From contig NZ_CP040089.1 of assembly GCF_009617975.1 (NCBI RefSeq), positions 900,001-932,000 of the forward strand: 32,000 bases of DNA. Reading direction: 5' to 3'. The translations under genes and the position numbers were made by a program. Of this stretch, positions 1-8,826 are shown in pieces. The notes below the pieces were generated by a model. That model was not told the DNA's origin and made no database searches. It was given only the letters and a program-made list of their open reading frames with translations. This DNA is from Candidatus Nanohalobium constans (GTDB lineage Archaea; Nanohalarchaeota; Nanosalinia; Nanosalinales; Nanosalinaceae). The first letter of the stretch is position 1; each line of letters opens with the position of its first letter.

Positions 1-229
1 GCCGTTTCTTGATAATATCTCCCTTAATCCTGATCTTTTCCTCACCAAGTTCAAAGACAAAAGTCGTGCCTTCCTTCTCCACCCATTTATCCTCAATCCT
101 CAGCATGTCACGGGTCTCATCCAAGACCTCACCAGAAATACCTACCTTGTTGGAATCAGGATGTTCTTCTATCTCCACTCGGAGGCCAATCAGTTCGTGT
201 CTGGGAAGATTTTCAGGTGTGCGCGGCAT
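1..229 (-). CDS. rnp1: RNase P protein component 1 (Rpp29/Pop4), N-terminal part; the 3' end runs off the window
   Basis: My own translation from the ATG at 229-227 gives MPRTPENLPRHELIGLRVEIEEHPDSNKVGISGEVLDETRDMLRIEDKWVEKEGTTFVFELGEEKIRIKGDIIKKR. The HELIGL.V and G.SG.V.DET...L.I pattern is typical of archaeal Rpp29. The position downstream of uL29/SUI1 is the expected operon context. It is absent from the ORF track because no stop lies inside the window. Confidence 0.7.
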   Translation of the reverse strand, partial: MPRTPENLPRHELIGLRVEIEEHPDSNKVGISGEVLDETRDMLRIEDKWVEKEGTTFVFELGEEKIRIKGDIIKKR

Positions 230-242
230 AGAAGTTTATGGG

Positions 243-1229
243 TCAGGAAAGTTTTTGGAAGTTCTTCTTGAGTTTTGATTTCAGTTCTTCCTCTTTCTCT
301 TTGTATCTGTCCTCTTCCCAGTCTGAGGAATAGTTCGGAAATCCTGCCATATTCCACAGAGTAATAGCGTAAAGGTAGAGGTTTCTTCTTTCCTGGAACT
401 CTTTATCTGTTTCAAGCTGTTTTTCTTGCCTGTATCCTTCGTACAGTTTCTTCTTTAGTTTTTCTTTCTGTTCTTCCGGCAGAAAATCCAGGTCGCCTTC
501 AATGAGGTCGTATTCGGTTTTCACTAAGTCGTATTCATTGTGGCCTGCTCTGACATGGCTCCAGTCGATCAATGCATTTATTTTATCGTCCTTTATGAGC
601 AAATTGTCTAGCCTGTTGTCCTGATGAAGTAGAACCGATTTCGGATTTTCAGGTAATTCATCCAGATTCTTCTTGGCTTCTTCAGTGTACAGCTCCGGTT
701 TTTCATCCCATTTATCTTCTATTATGCTTTCTGTAGCATCTATCAATCCTTCTACCGACCAAGTCCATTTATCCGCTCCATCCAGCATTTCAAGGCCTTC
801 TCCCCTATCAACTAGAACACCGTACTCGTCGAAACCTGTGTTTTCATGGAATCTAGCCAAGATTTCTCCATACTGGAATATTATGCCCTCTAATTCACTT
901 TGCGAAAATTGTTGCTTATATTGGTCTGCAGACTCTCCTTCCAATTCTTCCATGACAAAGAAATCTTCGTGGTCTGAGCCTTCGGAGAAAGTTTCCAAAA
1001 CTACTTCAGGAGTATTTATCTCAGTTTTTTCGTGTAGATTCTTTAGGACTTCTGTTTCGGCACGAAACCTCTCACTTTCCATGCCCTCATGATTAGTGTG
1101 AATTTTGAGAATGTAAGTCTGAGCCTCAGAAGAGAGTTTGTAAATAGTGTTTAACCCCTCTCCAACTTCTTCCCAATCTAAGCCAGTCCCTAGTTCAGAT
1201 TCGATTTCATCTTTCAGATCTTGATTCAA
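243..1229 (-). CDS. Aminoglycoside/choline-kinase-type phosphotransferase (APH family) protein
   Basis: 328-aa ORF. It carries the Brenner-type catalytic motif LLHQDNRLDNLLI (HxDxxxxN) followed by IDWSHV (a DxG-like metal-binding Asp). The N-terminal lobe YILKIH supplies the conserved Lys. Confidence 0.7.
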   Translation of the reverse strand: MNQDLKDEIESELGTGLDWEEVGEGLNTIYKLSSEAQTYILKIHTNHEGMESERFRAETEVLKNLHEKTEINTPEVVLETFSEGSDHEDFFVMEELEGESADQYKQQFSQSELEGIIFQYGEILARFHENTGFDEYGVLVDRGEGLEMLDGADKWTWSVEGLIDATESIIEDKWDEKPELYTEEAKKNLDELPENPKSVLLHQDNRLDNLLIKDDKINALIDWSHVRAGHNEYDLVKTEYDLIEGDLDFLPEEQKEKLKKKLYEGYRQEKQLETDKEFQERRNLYLYAITLWNMAGFPNYSSDWEEDRYKEKEEELKSKLKKNFQKLS

Positions 1230-1758
1230 AATATTCCTCCTCCAATATACTCATCCAGATGACATCTTTCCATTTTCCATCCACATATTTGTAGTGGCGT
1301 TCACGACCTTCTTCCTGCAAACCAGCCTTCTCTTGTATTCTCCGGGAGGCTTCGTTTCCTTCGATATATCCTCCACGAAGTTTGTGTCGATTAAGTGTTT
1401 CAAAGGCGTATTTAACAACTAATTGTGTTGCTGTACTTCCTATTCCCTGACCATGGAAGTCCGGATGTATGCTTATGCCGAACTCGCTTTTCCTGTACGG
1501 TTTTTCCAGCCCTCCCAGTGAAATCTCTCCTGCTTTTTCTCCTTGATATTCTATCAGGAATTTTACAGTATCTTCGTCTTCCGAAGCTGCTTCGATAAAA
1601 TCTTCCTCCTGTTTCAAGTTTACAGGTCTAGGCGGCTTTCCAATAGTACTTCTAACATCCCTATGGTTAATCAACTCTCTGAGAAACTCTGCATCATCGT
1701 TCTCTATCGGCCTCAGAACCACATCATCCTTTTCCAAAAACTTAGACTTCATTGCCAT
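1207..1758 (-). CDS. GNAT N-acetyltransferase, RimJ/RimL-like
   Basis: 183 aa. The N-terminus VVLRPIENDDAEFLRELINHRDVR and the core HPDFHGQGIGSTATQLVVKYAFETL (Q/RxxGxG/A acetyl-CoA loop) are typical of RimJ/L-type GNATs. It overlaps both neighbouring genes. Confidence 0.8.
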   Translation of the reverse strand: MAMKSKFLEKDDVVLRPIENDDAEFLRELINHRDVRSTIGKPPRPVNLKQEEDFIEAASEDEDTVKFLIEYQGEKAGEISLGGLEKPYRKSEFGISIHPDFHGQGIGSTATQLVVKYAFETLNRHKLRGGYIEGNEASRRIQEKAGLQEEGRERHYKYVDGKWKDVIWMSILEEEYFESRSER

Positions 1759-2282
1759 TCACCTTGAAGAATACCCAGATAGACGACATCTTGATAACTG
1801 CCTTGTGCATATGTATGTTCTCTGAATTCGCCTTCCTTCTGGAATCCTAGTTTCTCCCAGATACCTATTGAGGGCTGGTTCTGTTTCTGAGCTCGGGCAT
1901 AGACCTTATGATAATTGAGCTGGTTGAACGCATGGTCTGTCAATAATTCCGCGGCTTCAGAGCCAAAACCATTGCCGTGGAACTCAGGATGAAGCCAGAT
2001 GCCCAGCTCACCAATCTTGCCTTCATCCTCTTGATCAATCAACGAGATTATGCCTTTCGGATATCCGTCTTGACAGATCATCAAGTTAATGGAGTCGTCC
2101 TTGGAGACTACCTCCTCAATAAATTCTTTCTCATCATCCAGGTTTTGTGGACGAGTATTGCTCATCCAGACCCTGACATCTGGATGATTGACGCCATCCC
2201 TCAAGAACTCAGCGTCCTCTTCCTCAATTGTTCTAAGATTTATTTTTTCTCCTTTCAAGAAAACTGTTCCTGGCATACACAT
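1749..2282 (-). CDS. GNAT N-acetyltransferase, RimJ/RimL-like (tandem paralogue of 1207..1758)
   Basis: 177 aa. INLRTIEEEDAEFLRDGVNHPDVR and HPEFHGNGFGSEAAELLTDHAF are collinear with the neighbouring GNAT. The two genes overlap by 10 nt. Confidence 0.8.
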   Translation of the reverse strand: MCMPGTVFLKGEKINLRTIEEEDAEFLRDGVNHPDVRVWMSNTRPQNLDDEKEFIEEVVSKDDSINLMICQDGYPKGIISLIDQEDEGKIGELGIWLHPEFHGNGFGSEAAELLTDHAFNQLNYHKVYARAQKQNQPSIGIWEKLGFQKEGEFREHTYAQGSYQDVVYLGILQGEWQ

Positions 2283-2318
2283 TCTTTCGAGTTTGGTGTG
2301 TAAAAAAGATTCTGAAGA

Positions 2319-3440
2319 TTACTTGACTGCTTTGACTACTTTGAAATTATCTTGCAGGGCTATTTGTTCAACCCTGTCAAATTCCTGGCCCAATTGGGCC
2401 TGGTAGTTCATATTTTGATTGTAGACTAGCCAAAAACTCCCTCCTTTTTCCAAAGAATCATGAGCTTGGCTGAAAATCTTCTCTGTGATTCCTTTGCCCT
2501 GATGAGTAGGCGGATTAGAGATAATTAGATCGAATTTTCGGCCTGAAAATGCATCTAAACAATCACCTGTCTTAACCTCAAAACATTGGATATCGTTTCT
2601 CTCCAGATTTCTCTTTGCGTATTCTGTTGCACGGACACTGTCATCTGTCAGGAATAAATCCGCATCCGACATCTTTGCTGTAAATACTGAGATCGCGCCG
2701 TATCCACAGGCTAGATCCAAGACCTTATCTGGATTGGAGAGCTCTAAGTTTTCCAGCAGAATTCTTGTTCCTTCATCAAGTTTGCCATGAGAAAACAAGC
2801 CTTCAGAAGAAGTGAAATCAGCTTCAAATCCGTCTACTTCAGACCGAAATTCCTTCTCCAAGTCCAGTTCAGATAGAGAAAAATTTGATTGGGGTTTAAA
2901 CCGGTAAGCTCTAATTGCTCCTCTACTACCAATTTTCTGAACATCGCCGGCATCTTGGAGGTGTTTCCGGTATCTCTTGATTCCGGATTTCTTCCTGCCT
3001 GCTAGGAAAATTTTTCCGTTCTCAGTTAGTTTTTCGGAGGCGTAAGTTAGTCTGTTCTTAACCAAATCAACCGGTTCGTAGTCTGCTGGCGCATAAATTA
3101 TCTTGTCAAATTCTTCCTGAATATCTTCGACAGCCTTGTTCTCTACATTAAAGCCTTCCACTTGATTCCCTTTGGCATTCTTTTTGGAGAATTCACAGGC
3201 TCTGCTACTCGTATCCTGCATAACGGTAAACTCTGCTTTATCCCCTAAAACTGCTCCAAGAAAACCATAGCCGGACTGAATTACAAGTATTCTGTCAGTT
3301 TTCTCTACTTGGACTTCATCCACCAGAAGCAATTCTTCGTCTCTGAAACTGTTTTTGGAGTTGAGACCATCAGCTGATTGAAATCTGTAGATGTTACCGT
3401 TTTCCCGAGATTTGAGCTCTAGTTCGTACTGAGATTTCAT
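2319..3440 (-). CDS. SAM-dependent methyltransferase, RsmC/RlmG-like (two-lobed, small-domain MTase)
   Basis: 373 aa. The C-terminal lobe has motif I VLDLACGYGAIS and motif IV LIISNPPTHQGK (NPPxH, typical of rRNA m2G methyltransferases). The N-terminal lobe (VIQSGYGFLG) looks like a degenerate duplicate, as in RsmC/RlmG. Confidence 0.75.
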   Translation of the reverse strand: MKSQYELELKSRENGNIYRFQSADGLNSKNSFRDEELLLVDEVQVEKTDRILVIQSGYGFLGAVLGDKAEFTVMQDTSSRACEFSKKNAKGNQVEGFNVENKAVEDIQEEFDKIIYAPADYEPVDLVKNRLTYASEKLTENGKIFLAGRKKSGIKRYRKHLQDAGDVQKIGSRGAIRAYRFKPQSNFSLSELDLEKEFRSEVDGFEADFTSSEGLFSHGKLDEGTRILLENLELSNPDKVLDLACGYGAISVFTAKMSDADLFLTDDSVRATEYAKRNLERNDIQCFEVKTGDCLDAFSGRKFDLIISNPPTHQGKGITEKIFSQAHDSLEKGGSFWLVYNQNMNYQAQLGQEFDRVEQIALQDNFKVVKAVK

Positions 3441-3475
3441 AGAAGTAAAAGTAGAGGAAATGTGGGTTGAAGTCG

Positions 3476-3784
3476 TTATTTGACTTCGATGTTTGTTCTT
3501 GAGAAGCCTTCGTCTTCTAGGATGTCGACGATTCTTCTTCTGTGGTCGCCCTGGAGTTCTATCTGTCCGTCTTTGTGTGTTCCTCCGCAGGCTAGCTTGG
3601 TCTTGAGTGTTGATTCCAGGTCTTTGATGTCGCTTTCGTCGTCGAGACCTGTGACAACTGTCATCTCCTTGTTGTAGCTTCTTGAGTCGAGTTTGACTGT
3701 GATTTGCTGGTCTTCACGCGCGATGCTGTCGCAGACGCAAAGATCCTGTGGCATTCCGCATTTTGTGCAGGTATCTGACATTGG
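3476..3784 (-). CDS. sui1: Translation initiation factor aIF1 (SUI1)
   Basis: It has the Zn-ribbon-like CTKCGMPQDLCVC and the SUI1 core KLACGGTHKDGQIELQGDHRRRIVDILEDEGF. I chose the start at internal Met18 (MSDTC) because the longer ORF overlaps uL29. Confidence 0.85.
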   Translation of the reverse strand, partial: PMSDTCTKCGMPQDLCVCDSIAREDQQITVKLDSRSYNKEMTVVTGLDDESDIKDLESTLKTKLACGGTHKDGQIELQGDHRRRIVDILEDEGFSRTNIEVK

Positions 3785-3794
3785 ATGATCTTTT

Positions 3795-3998
3795 CTAGTT
3801 GTTTCGTTCGTTGAGAACTGTTTTGATTCTTGCAATGGTTTTCTTCATTTCCTTGATTTGACCAGGGTTGTCGGCAAAGCCACCGACTTCGATCTGACCA
3901 CGTTCCTGTACAAGTTCTTTCTGTAGGTCGCCGATTTGTTCCTTTAGTTCGGAGTCGTTTTTGTCTCTAAGTTCTTCTGCTTTCACGGTTAGATACAC
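3795..3998 (-). CDS. rpl29: 50S ribosomal protein uL29
   Basis: 67 aa. ELRDKNDSELKEQIGDLQKELVQERGQI is the typical uL29 helix-hairpin. Operon position is after uS3. Confidence 0.9.
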   Translation of the reverse strand: MYLTVKAEELRDKNDSELKEQIGDLQKELVQERGQIEVGGFADNPGQIKEMKKTIARIKTVLNERNN

Positions 3999-4010
3999 CT
4001 TTCAGTTCTT

Positions 4011-5168
4011 TTAATCCTTCTGGGTTTCAATCCAGTCTTTGAAGGTTTTACGATCTTTGTTGTCTTCTTCTGCGTGAAGCAGTGCGTCGAAGTCTGGTTC
4101 ACTCATATCGTTGATTGCTTCTTTAGCGTCGCTGATTGTGCCTGAGACGATTTCCTCGATTTCTTCTCCTATTTCTTCAAGTTCTTCCTCTACTTCTTCA
4201 GCAGCTTCTTCGACTTCATCTTCTGCCTCTTCAGCGATCTCTTCGGCTTCTTCCTCAAGGTCTTCTACTTCCTCTTCTACTGCTTCTGCGTCTTCTGCCA
4301 TCTCTTCACCGGTCTCTTCCTTGACTGCTTCGACTTCTTCTTTGACTTCTTCCACTCTTTCTTCGACTTCTTTCTCTAGTTCTTCCATGTCTTCGACGGA
4401 TTCAAATGCGTCTCTGACTTCGTCTTTAGAGATATCGTCAGTTTTAATCTGTTCTTCTTTGGTTTCTATTGCTTCTTCAAGTGAAGCTGATGTCATGTCT
4501 TCTGCTTCGACGATGATTTCCTGGATTCTGTCAGCTTTTTCTCTCTGTGTCTCTTCTACAGACATGTGTAGGACTTCTTCGCTTACATCTACATCTCTGT
4601 GCAGGAAGTCTGGCATCTCTTTCATGATTCTTACTTTGACGCCAATTGCTCCTGGTTTGGTCCGTGCTAGTTCGTATCCTTTCTGGACATTGTCTTTTGA
4701 TGTATTTCCGCATCTCTTGACATATCCGAAGGAGAATTTCTCTGTTCTTCCACGGTTCCCGGAGAGCTTCCCTGTAATCTCTATTTCTGCTCCGATTGCT
4801 CCTGCTTCCTTCATTCTTCTGAGGTAGGTGTATCCTACTCTCTTGGCGTGTCCGCCTTTTTCAAGCCAGTCTGCGATGCTTTTTGCTACTACTTCTGCGT
4901 TGGCATCTGCGTCTTCAATTTCGTTGACTTCGATCTGAGGGTTTTCGAAATTGAAAGCTTCTTCCATGTCAGAAGTTAGTTCGCGGATTCTGCTTCCGCC
5001 TCTTCCGATGACGAGACCTGGTTTCTGTGCATGGACCACTATCTTTGTGCTTGTCGGCGTTCTTTCGATTTCTGCGTGACTGTAACCTGCTCCTTCTAGT
5101 TCGTCTTCTAGGAACTCGTGCAGTCTTACTTTCCGTGCTCCTTTCTGAATGAATTCTTTTTCTTGCAT
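4011..5168 (-). CDS. rps3: 30S ribosomal protein uS3 with a long hyper-acidic C-terminal extension
   Basis: The KH domain VIGRGGSRIRELT and the C-terminal domain KRVGYTYLRRMKEAGAIGAEIEITGKLSG are present. They are followed by about 190 aa dominated by E/D/V/A. Confidence 0.95.
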   Translation of the reverse strand: MQEKEFIQKGARKVRLHEFLEDELEGAGYSHAEIERTPTSTKIVVHAQKPGLVIGRGGSRIRELTSDMEEAFNFENPQIEVNEIEDADANAEVVAKSIADWLEKGGHAKRVGYTYLRRMKEAGAIGAEIEITGKLSGNRGRTEKFSFGYVKRCGNTSKDNVQKGYELARTKPGAIGVKVRIMKEMPDFLHRDVDVSEEVLHMSVEETQREKADRIQEIIVEAEDMTSASLEEAIETKEEQIKTDDISKDEVRDAFESVEDMEELEKEVEERVEEVKEEVEAVKEETGEEMAEDAEAVEEEVEDLEEEAEEIAEEAEDEVEEAAEEVEEELEEIGEEIEEIVSGTISDAKEAINDMSEPDFDALLHAEEDNKDRKTFKDWIETQKD

Positions 5169-5220
5169 TATTGGTTCTCACCTTGTGTGTGAATCACTGA
5201 GACAACCTCTGATTTTCGCA

Positions 5221-5643
5221 TTATTTTTCACCTACGATGACATTGACATGTGCTGCTTTGGTTTTGCGGCCTCTGAATCGTCCTGGTGTCGCGTATTCAT
5301 TTCCTTTGTTGGTAATGACATTGTCGACATGGAGTGCTCCTGTGTTGAGCCCTTGATGTTCTGCGTTTGCAGCTGCTTCCTGTACTAGTTCTAGCATGTG
5401 TTCTGCTGCTTTGACAGGGAATCCTCCACTGTCTCCTGCTCCTGATTTGTGTCCTGCATCACTGTCGAACTTTGTGTATGGGACATGTAGTTCTTTCTCA
5501 ATTACTTTTTCCAGTTTGTTTTCTGCTTTTTCCACTGTGTCTCCTTTAATAAAGCGACCAATTTCTGTGCTGTCTTTCCAGGAGATCGGCATGTTCTTGC
5601 CAAGTGCTCGTGCCTGATGTGACTCTATCTCAATTGAGTTCAT
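5221..5643 (-). CDS. rpl22: 50S ribosomal protein uL22
   Basis: 140 aa. Operon position lies between uS19 and uS3. KAAEHMLELVQEAAANAE and the basic C-terminus GRFRGRKTKAAHVNVIV are uL22-like. Confidence 0.9.
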   Translation of the reverse strand: MNSIEIESHQARALGKNMPISWKDSTEIGRFIKGDTVEKAENKLEKVIEKELHVPYTKFDSDAGHKSGAGDSGGFPVKAAEHMLELVQEAAANAEHQGLNTGALHVDNVITNKGNEYATPGRFRGRKTKAAHVNVIVGEK

Positions 5644-5650
5644 TTAGGCA

Positions 5651-6028
5651 TCACTTGAGCGGTACATGCTTTGAGGATCTCGTTGCACCAAGTCCTGGTG
5701 CGCTGTGAGATACCTGTTTTCTGGTTTTTGCGAACTCTCCGAAGTAATGGCCGATCATATCTTCTTCGATATCTACTTCTTCGAATCCTTGTCCGTTGTA
5801 GATCTCGATTGTTTTTCCTACCATTTCTGGGAGGACAATCATTCCTCTGAGATGTGTCTGGACTCTGTCCTTGTCTTCTAGTTTTTCCAGTAGTTTTTCT
5901 TCGTTTTCTCGAAGACCTCTTTCTAGTTTACGCCGTGCTCGGGCGTCCATGAGTTCTGCTAGTTCGTCGTGACTCATGTCTTGTAGTTCTTCGAGTGTTT
6001 TTCCTCTGTAAGTAAAGTCATCTGTCAT
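5651..6028 (-). CDS. rps19: 30S ribosomal protein uS19
   Basis: 125 aa. VGKTIEIYNGQGFEEVDIEEDMIGHYFGEFAKTRK is the uS19 signature region. Confidence 0.95.
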   Translation of the reverse strand: MTDDFTYRGKTLEELQDMSHDELAELMDARARRKLERGLRENEEKLLEKLEDKDRVQTHLRGMIVLPEMVGKTIEIYNGQGFEEVDIEEDMIGHYFGEFAKTRKQVSHSAPGLGATRSSKHVPLK

Positions 6029-6038
6029 GCTGGTTCAC

Positions 6039-6740
6039 CTAGTCGTTGTTCTGTTTTCCGGAGCGTTTGGCTCCGATGTTTCCAACTTTGCTTCCTGGTG
6101 AAGCGTGTTTGGAAACTGTTTTTGGTTGTCCTGGTTTTGCTGATCCACCGAATGGGTGGTCGACTGCGTTCATGGCTACTGCGGAAACTGTTGGGTACTG
6201 TTTTCCACGAGCCTTTGCAGCCTTGGATGCGTTTCCGGCCTTGACAAATGGCTTGTCTTTTCTTCCGCCGGCTGCAACCTTTCCAATAGTTGCTCTGCAT
6301 TGAGTATTCATTTTCTTGAACTCGCCACTAGGAAGCTGAACTCTGACACTGTCTGCTTCATGTGTTACTACAAATGCGTATGTTCCTGAGCTCTTGACTA
6401 GTTTGCCTCCGTCGTTTGGCTGAAGTTCAATGTTGTTAATTGGTACTCCTTCTGGGATTTCTCCTAGTGGAAGTACATTTCCTGGTTCAACAGGAGCTGA
6501 TACTCCTACTTCTATTTCGTCTCCTGTCTGTAGGCCTTCTGGTGCTAGGACATTTCTTACTTCACCGTCTTCGAACTCTACTTTGGCGACAGGTGCTGTC
6601 CTTGCTGGGTCGTGGACCAGGTCTACGACTGTTCCTGTGATTTCTGCGTTTTTGTGTTCCGCTGTTCCTTTGCCGTTACGGCCTGCTTGGAACTTTGGAC
6701 TTCCTTTTCCTCTTCTCTGTTGTTTTAGTGGGCTTCCCAT
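6039..6740 (-). CDS. rpl2: 50S ribosomal protein uL2
   Basis: 233 aa. GNVLPLGEIPEGVPINNIE and AMNAVDHPFGGS are uL2 hallmarks. Confidence 0.95.
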   Translation of the reverse strand: MGSPLKQQRRGKGSPKFQAGRNGKGTAEHKNAEITGTVVDLVHDPARTAPVAKVEFEDGEVRNVLAPEGLQTGDEIEVGVSAPVEPGNVLPLGEIPEGVPINNIELQPNDGGKLVKSSGTYAFVVTHEADSVRVQLPSGEFKKMNTQCRATIGKVAAGGRKDKPFVKAGNASKAAKARGKQYPTVSAVAMNAVDHPFGGSAKPGQPKTVSKHASPGSKVGNIGAKRSGKQNND

Positions 6741-6804
6741 TAGTTGAAAACACCTCTGTGTTTTCGGCTACTCCGAAAATCTACGATTTTCATCGTTAAT
6801 TCAC

Positions 6805-7074
6805 CTACATCATTCCTAGCTCTGTGGCTAGGTCCATTGCATCGTCGCTTGGACTTAATCGGACGAATGCTTTTTTCTTTGCTGAAGATGTTATGTTTGT
6901 ATTGACTTTTTCTACCGTCACATCGAACAATGTTTCTATTGCATCTTGGACTTGGTTTTTGTCTGCTTCTAGGTCGACCATCAGTACTAGCTTGTTCTCC
7001 TGGTCGATCATGTCCATTGCCTGTTCTGTCATGTGCGGATTTTCAATAACTTCCCATGCTCTATCTACTTCCAT
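6805..7074 (-). CDS. rpl23: 50S ribosomal protein uL23
   Basis: 89 aa. NKLVLMVDLEADKNQVQDAIETLFDVTVEKVNT is uL23-like. A GGTGA SD lies 6 nt before the ATG. Confidence 0.9.
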   Translation of the reverse strand: MEVDRAWEVIENPHMTEQAMDMIDQENKLVLMVDLEADKNQVQDAIETLFDVTVEKVNTNITSSAKKKAFVRLSPSDDAMDLATELGMM

Positions 7075-7084
7075 TTTTGTTCAC

Positions 7085-7843
7085 CTATTGGTACATTCCA
7101 TCTTCTTCAAGTTTTTCTACTGCTTTTGTGCTCCAGACTGTAAGTCTTCCTGGTGTTGCTCCTGGAGCAAGTTTCTCAGCGTTCAGCTGATCGACTTTGG
7201 AGTGTTCTACTCCTGCTAGGTTGCTTGCTGCATCTGAGATTCCTTCATCTTCAGCAGTTACTACAAGAGGTCCAACCTTTCTGACATATTTTCTTCCACG
7301 GTTAGCCCCCATTCCTCCTCTAACCTTTTTCTCGGAGACTCTGTCAAGCTCATCTTCAAGACCTAAGTCTTCTAGTGTCTCTTTCAGTTCCTGTGTCTTC
7401 TGGATTCCTGAAAGATCTTCCTCGACAAGAGGAAGGTCGCCTTCATAGTCGTGTTTCTCTGAGACTAGTTCTTCGTCAGCTGTTGCTGCGATTGCTGATC
7501 GAATTGCTTTTCTTCTTTCTTTGTCGTTGATTTCTTCTGTGAAGTCTTTCTGGCTTTTTGGAGGGTGTGCTGTTCGTCCACCTACAGTATTTGGCGCTTC
7601 TGCTCCGTCTCCATAGATCTGGCTTCCTCTTCTTACTCTGATCTTTCGAGGGGTTCTTGACATTCCTTTTCCTTTCTGTCCTCTGTATGCGTTTTGCTGT
7701 TTTTTCCAGTATACGACATGTCGGAGTCCTGCTTCTGGATCTGCTCCGTACTGCTGTCGTTTCTTGCTCTTGATTGAGAGATTGGCTCTCTTGATGATAT
7801 CTGGCCTTACTCTCTCGTTAAATTGATTTGGTAAATCTGTCAT
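7085..7843 (-). CDS. rpl4: 50S ribosomal protein uL4
   Basis: 252 aa. GKGMSRTPR, GGRTAHPPK and GGMGANRGRKY are uL4-like loops. A GGTGA SD lies 6 nt before the ATG. Confidence 0.9.
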   Translation of the reverse strand: MTDLPNQFNERVRPDIIKRANLSIKSKKRQQYGADPEAGLRHVVYWKKQQNAYRGQKGKGMSRTPRKIRVRRGSQIYGDGAEAPNTVGGRTAHPPKSQKDFTEEINDKERRKAIRSAIAATADEELVSEKHDYEGDLPLVEEDLSGIQKTQELKETLEDLGLEDELDRVSEKKVRGGMGANRGRKYVRKVGPLVVTAEDEGISDAASNLAGVEHSKVDQLNAEKLAPGATPGRLTVWSTKAVEKLEEDGMYQ

Positions 7844-7854
7844 CTTTCTTCACC

Positions 7855-8826
7855 TTATTTTTCGATGTGTGTTATTTCTGGGTTTCCTGGGTTTTCGTCT
7901 GTTCTTAGTGCTGTTCTTAGTCGGACTAGTCTTTCTGCTGGTCCTGGTACTGATCCTTTGACCAGGATGTAGTTGCTTTGGACTTCTCCGTAGTTCTTGA
8001 ACCCTCCGTCTCTCTGTACTTCTTCGCTGTCTTCTCCGTGGCTGAGGATTCTCTTATTGTGTTCTGTACGATTATTGTATCCTTGTTGTCCTGGAAGTGG
8101 GATTCTCCAGCTGAGTTGGTCTGGGTGCCATGGTCCGACGTTTCCTGCCTTTCTTCTTTTCTTCTGTGTCTTGTGGTCTAGTCTCTTGATTCCGTATCTC
8201 TGGACTGGTCCTTCCATTCCTTTTCCTTTGGTTACTCCGATTACATCTGAGTATTCTCCTTCTTCGAATACATCGGAAAATTCGATTTCCTTTCCGATCA
8301 TCTCTTCTGCGTATTCAAGCTGATCTTCGACTGAGCCTCCTAGGCCAAGTTCGAAGTTGGCAGGTTTCTTCTTGCTGATTCCTGCACGAGAAGGTTGTGT
8401 ATGTACTAATAGTTTGACATCTGTTATTTCTGCTGAGTTTTCTTTTGCCTTCTCCAGGTTTTCCATGTTTCCTTCTTTTGGAATGTCTGTTGCTCTCTGG
8501 AGTTCTTTGGAAGGAGATTCTGTCCATGCTTCTGTGAAGACCTGTTTACCTGAGTTAAGGTCTTCGACATAGAATCTTGCTCCGTATACTCTGAGTGGTG
8601 GAGCTTCGAGTATTGTTACAGGTGTTGCAACTTCCTGTCCTTCTGTTGCTCCTTCTGTATCATCTATTCTGAGGACTCTGGTCATTCCGACCTTGTATCC
8701 TGCGTATCCTAATGGTTTTAGTTCGTCTGTATCTTCCCATGTACTTACATCTGGGTAGATTCTTTCAGCCCGTGTCTTAGGCTTGTATGCTAATGAACCG
8801 CTTCGTGATCTACTTTTCTTTGGCAT
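7855..8826 (-). CDS. rpl3: 50S ribosomal protein uL3 (first gene of the operon)
   Basis: 323 aa. GYKVGMTRV, VIGVTKGKGMEGPVQRYG and GPWHP are uL3-like. Confidence 0.95.
   Translation of the reverse strand: MPKKSRSRSGSLAYKPKTRAERIYPDVSTWEDTDELKPLGYAGYKVGMTRVLRIDDTEGATEGQEVATPVTILEAPPLRVYGARFYVEDLNSGKQVFTEAWTESPSKELQRATDIPKEGNMENLEKAKENSAEITDVKLLVHTQPSRAGISKKKPANFELGLGGSVEDQLEYAEEMIGKEIEFSDVFEEGEYSDVIGVTKGKGMEGPVQRYGIKRLDHKTQKKRRKAGNVGPWHPDQLSWRIPLPGQQGYNNRTEHNKRILSHGEDSEEVQRDGGFKNYGEVQSNYILVKGSVPGPAERLVRLRTALRTDENPGNPEITHIEK

Noticed and set aside
1207-2282. The GNAT pair read as a TacT/AtaT-type toxin system.
   Set aside because: No small RHH/antitoxin ORF accompanies either gene. Both proteins have the RimJ/RimL-type N-terminal LRPxxxxDAxxL motif. 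They sit inside a translation-related operon.
3785-3835. A 17-codon N-terminal extension of the SUI1 ORF (MQESKQFSTNETTRKDHP).
   Set aside because: It overlaps the 3' end of uL29 by 41 nt. The internal Met gives a normal-length aIF1 that begins just before the Zn-ribbon cysteines.
4111-4827. A 238-aa Ser-rich ORF on the + strand, plus other ORFs at 4136..4324 and 4531..4713.
   Set aside because: It is the antisense mirror of the GAA/GAG-rich uS3 acidic tail, where TTC/CTC/TCT read as S/L/F. It is low complexity, has no start context, and lies entirely inside a confidently identified gene.
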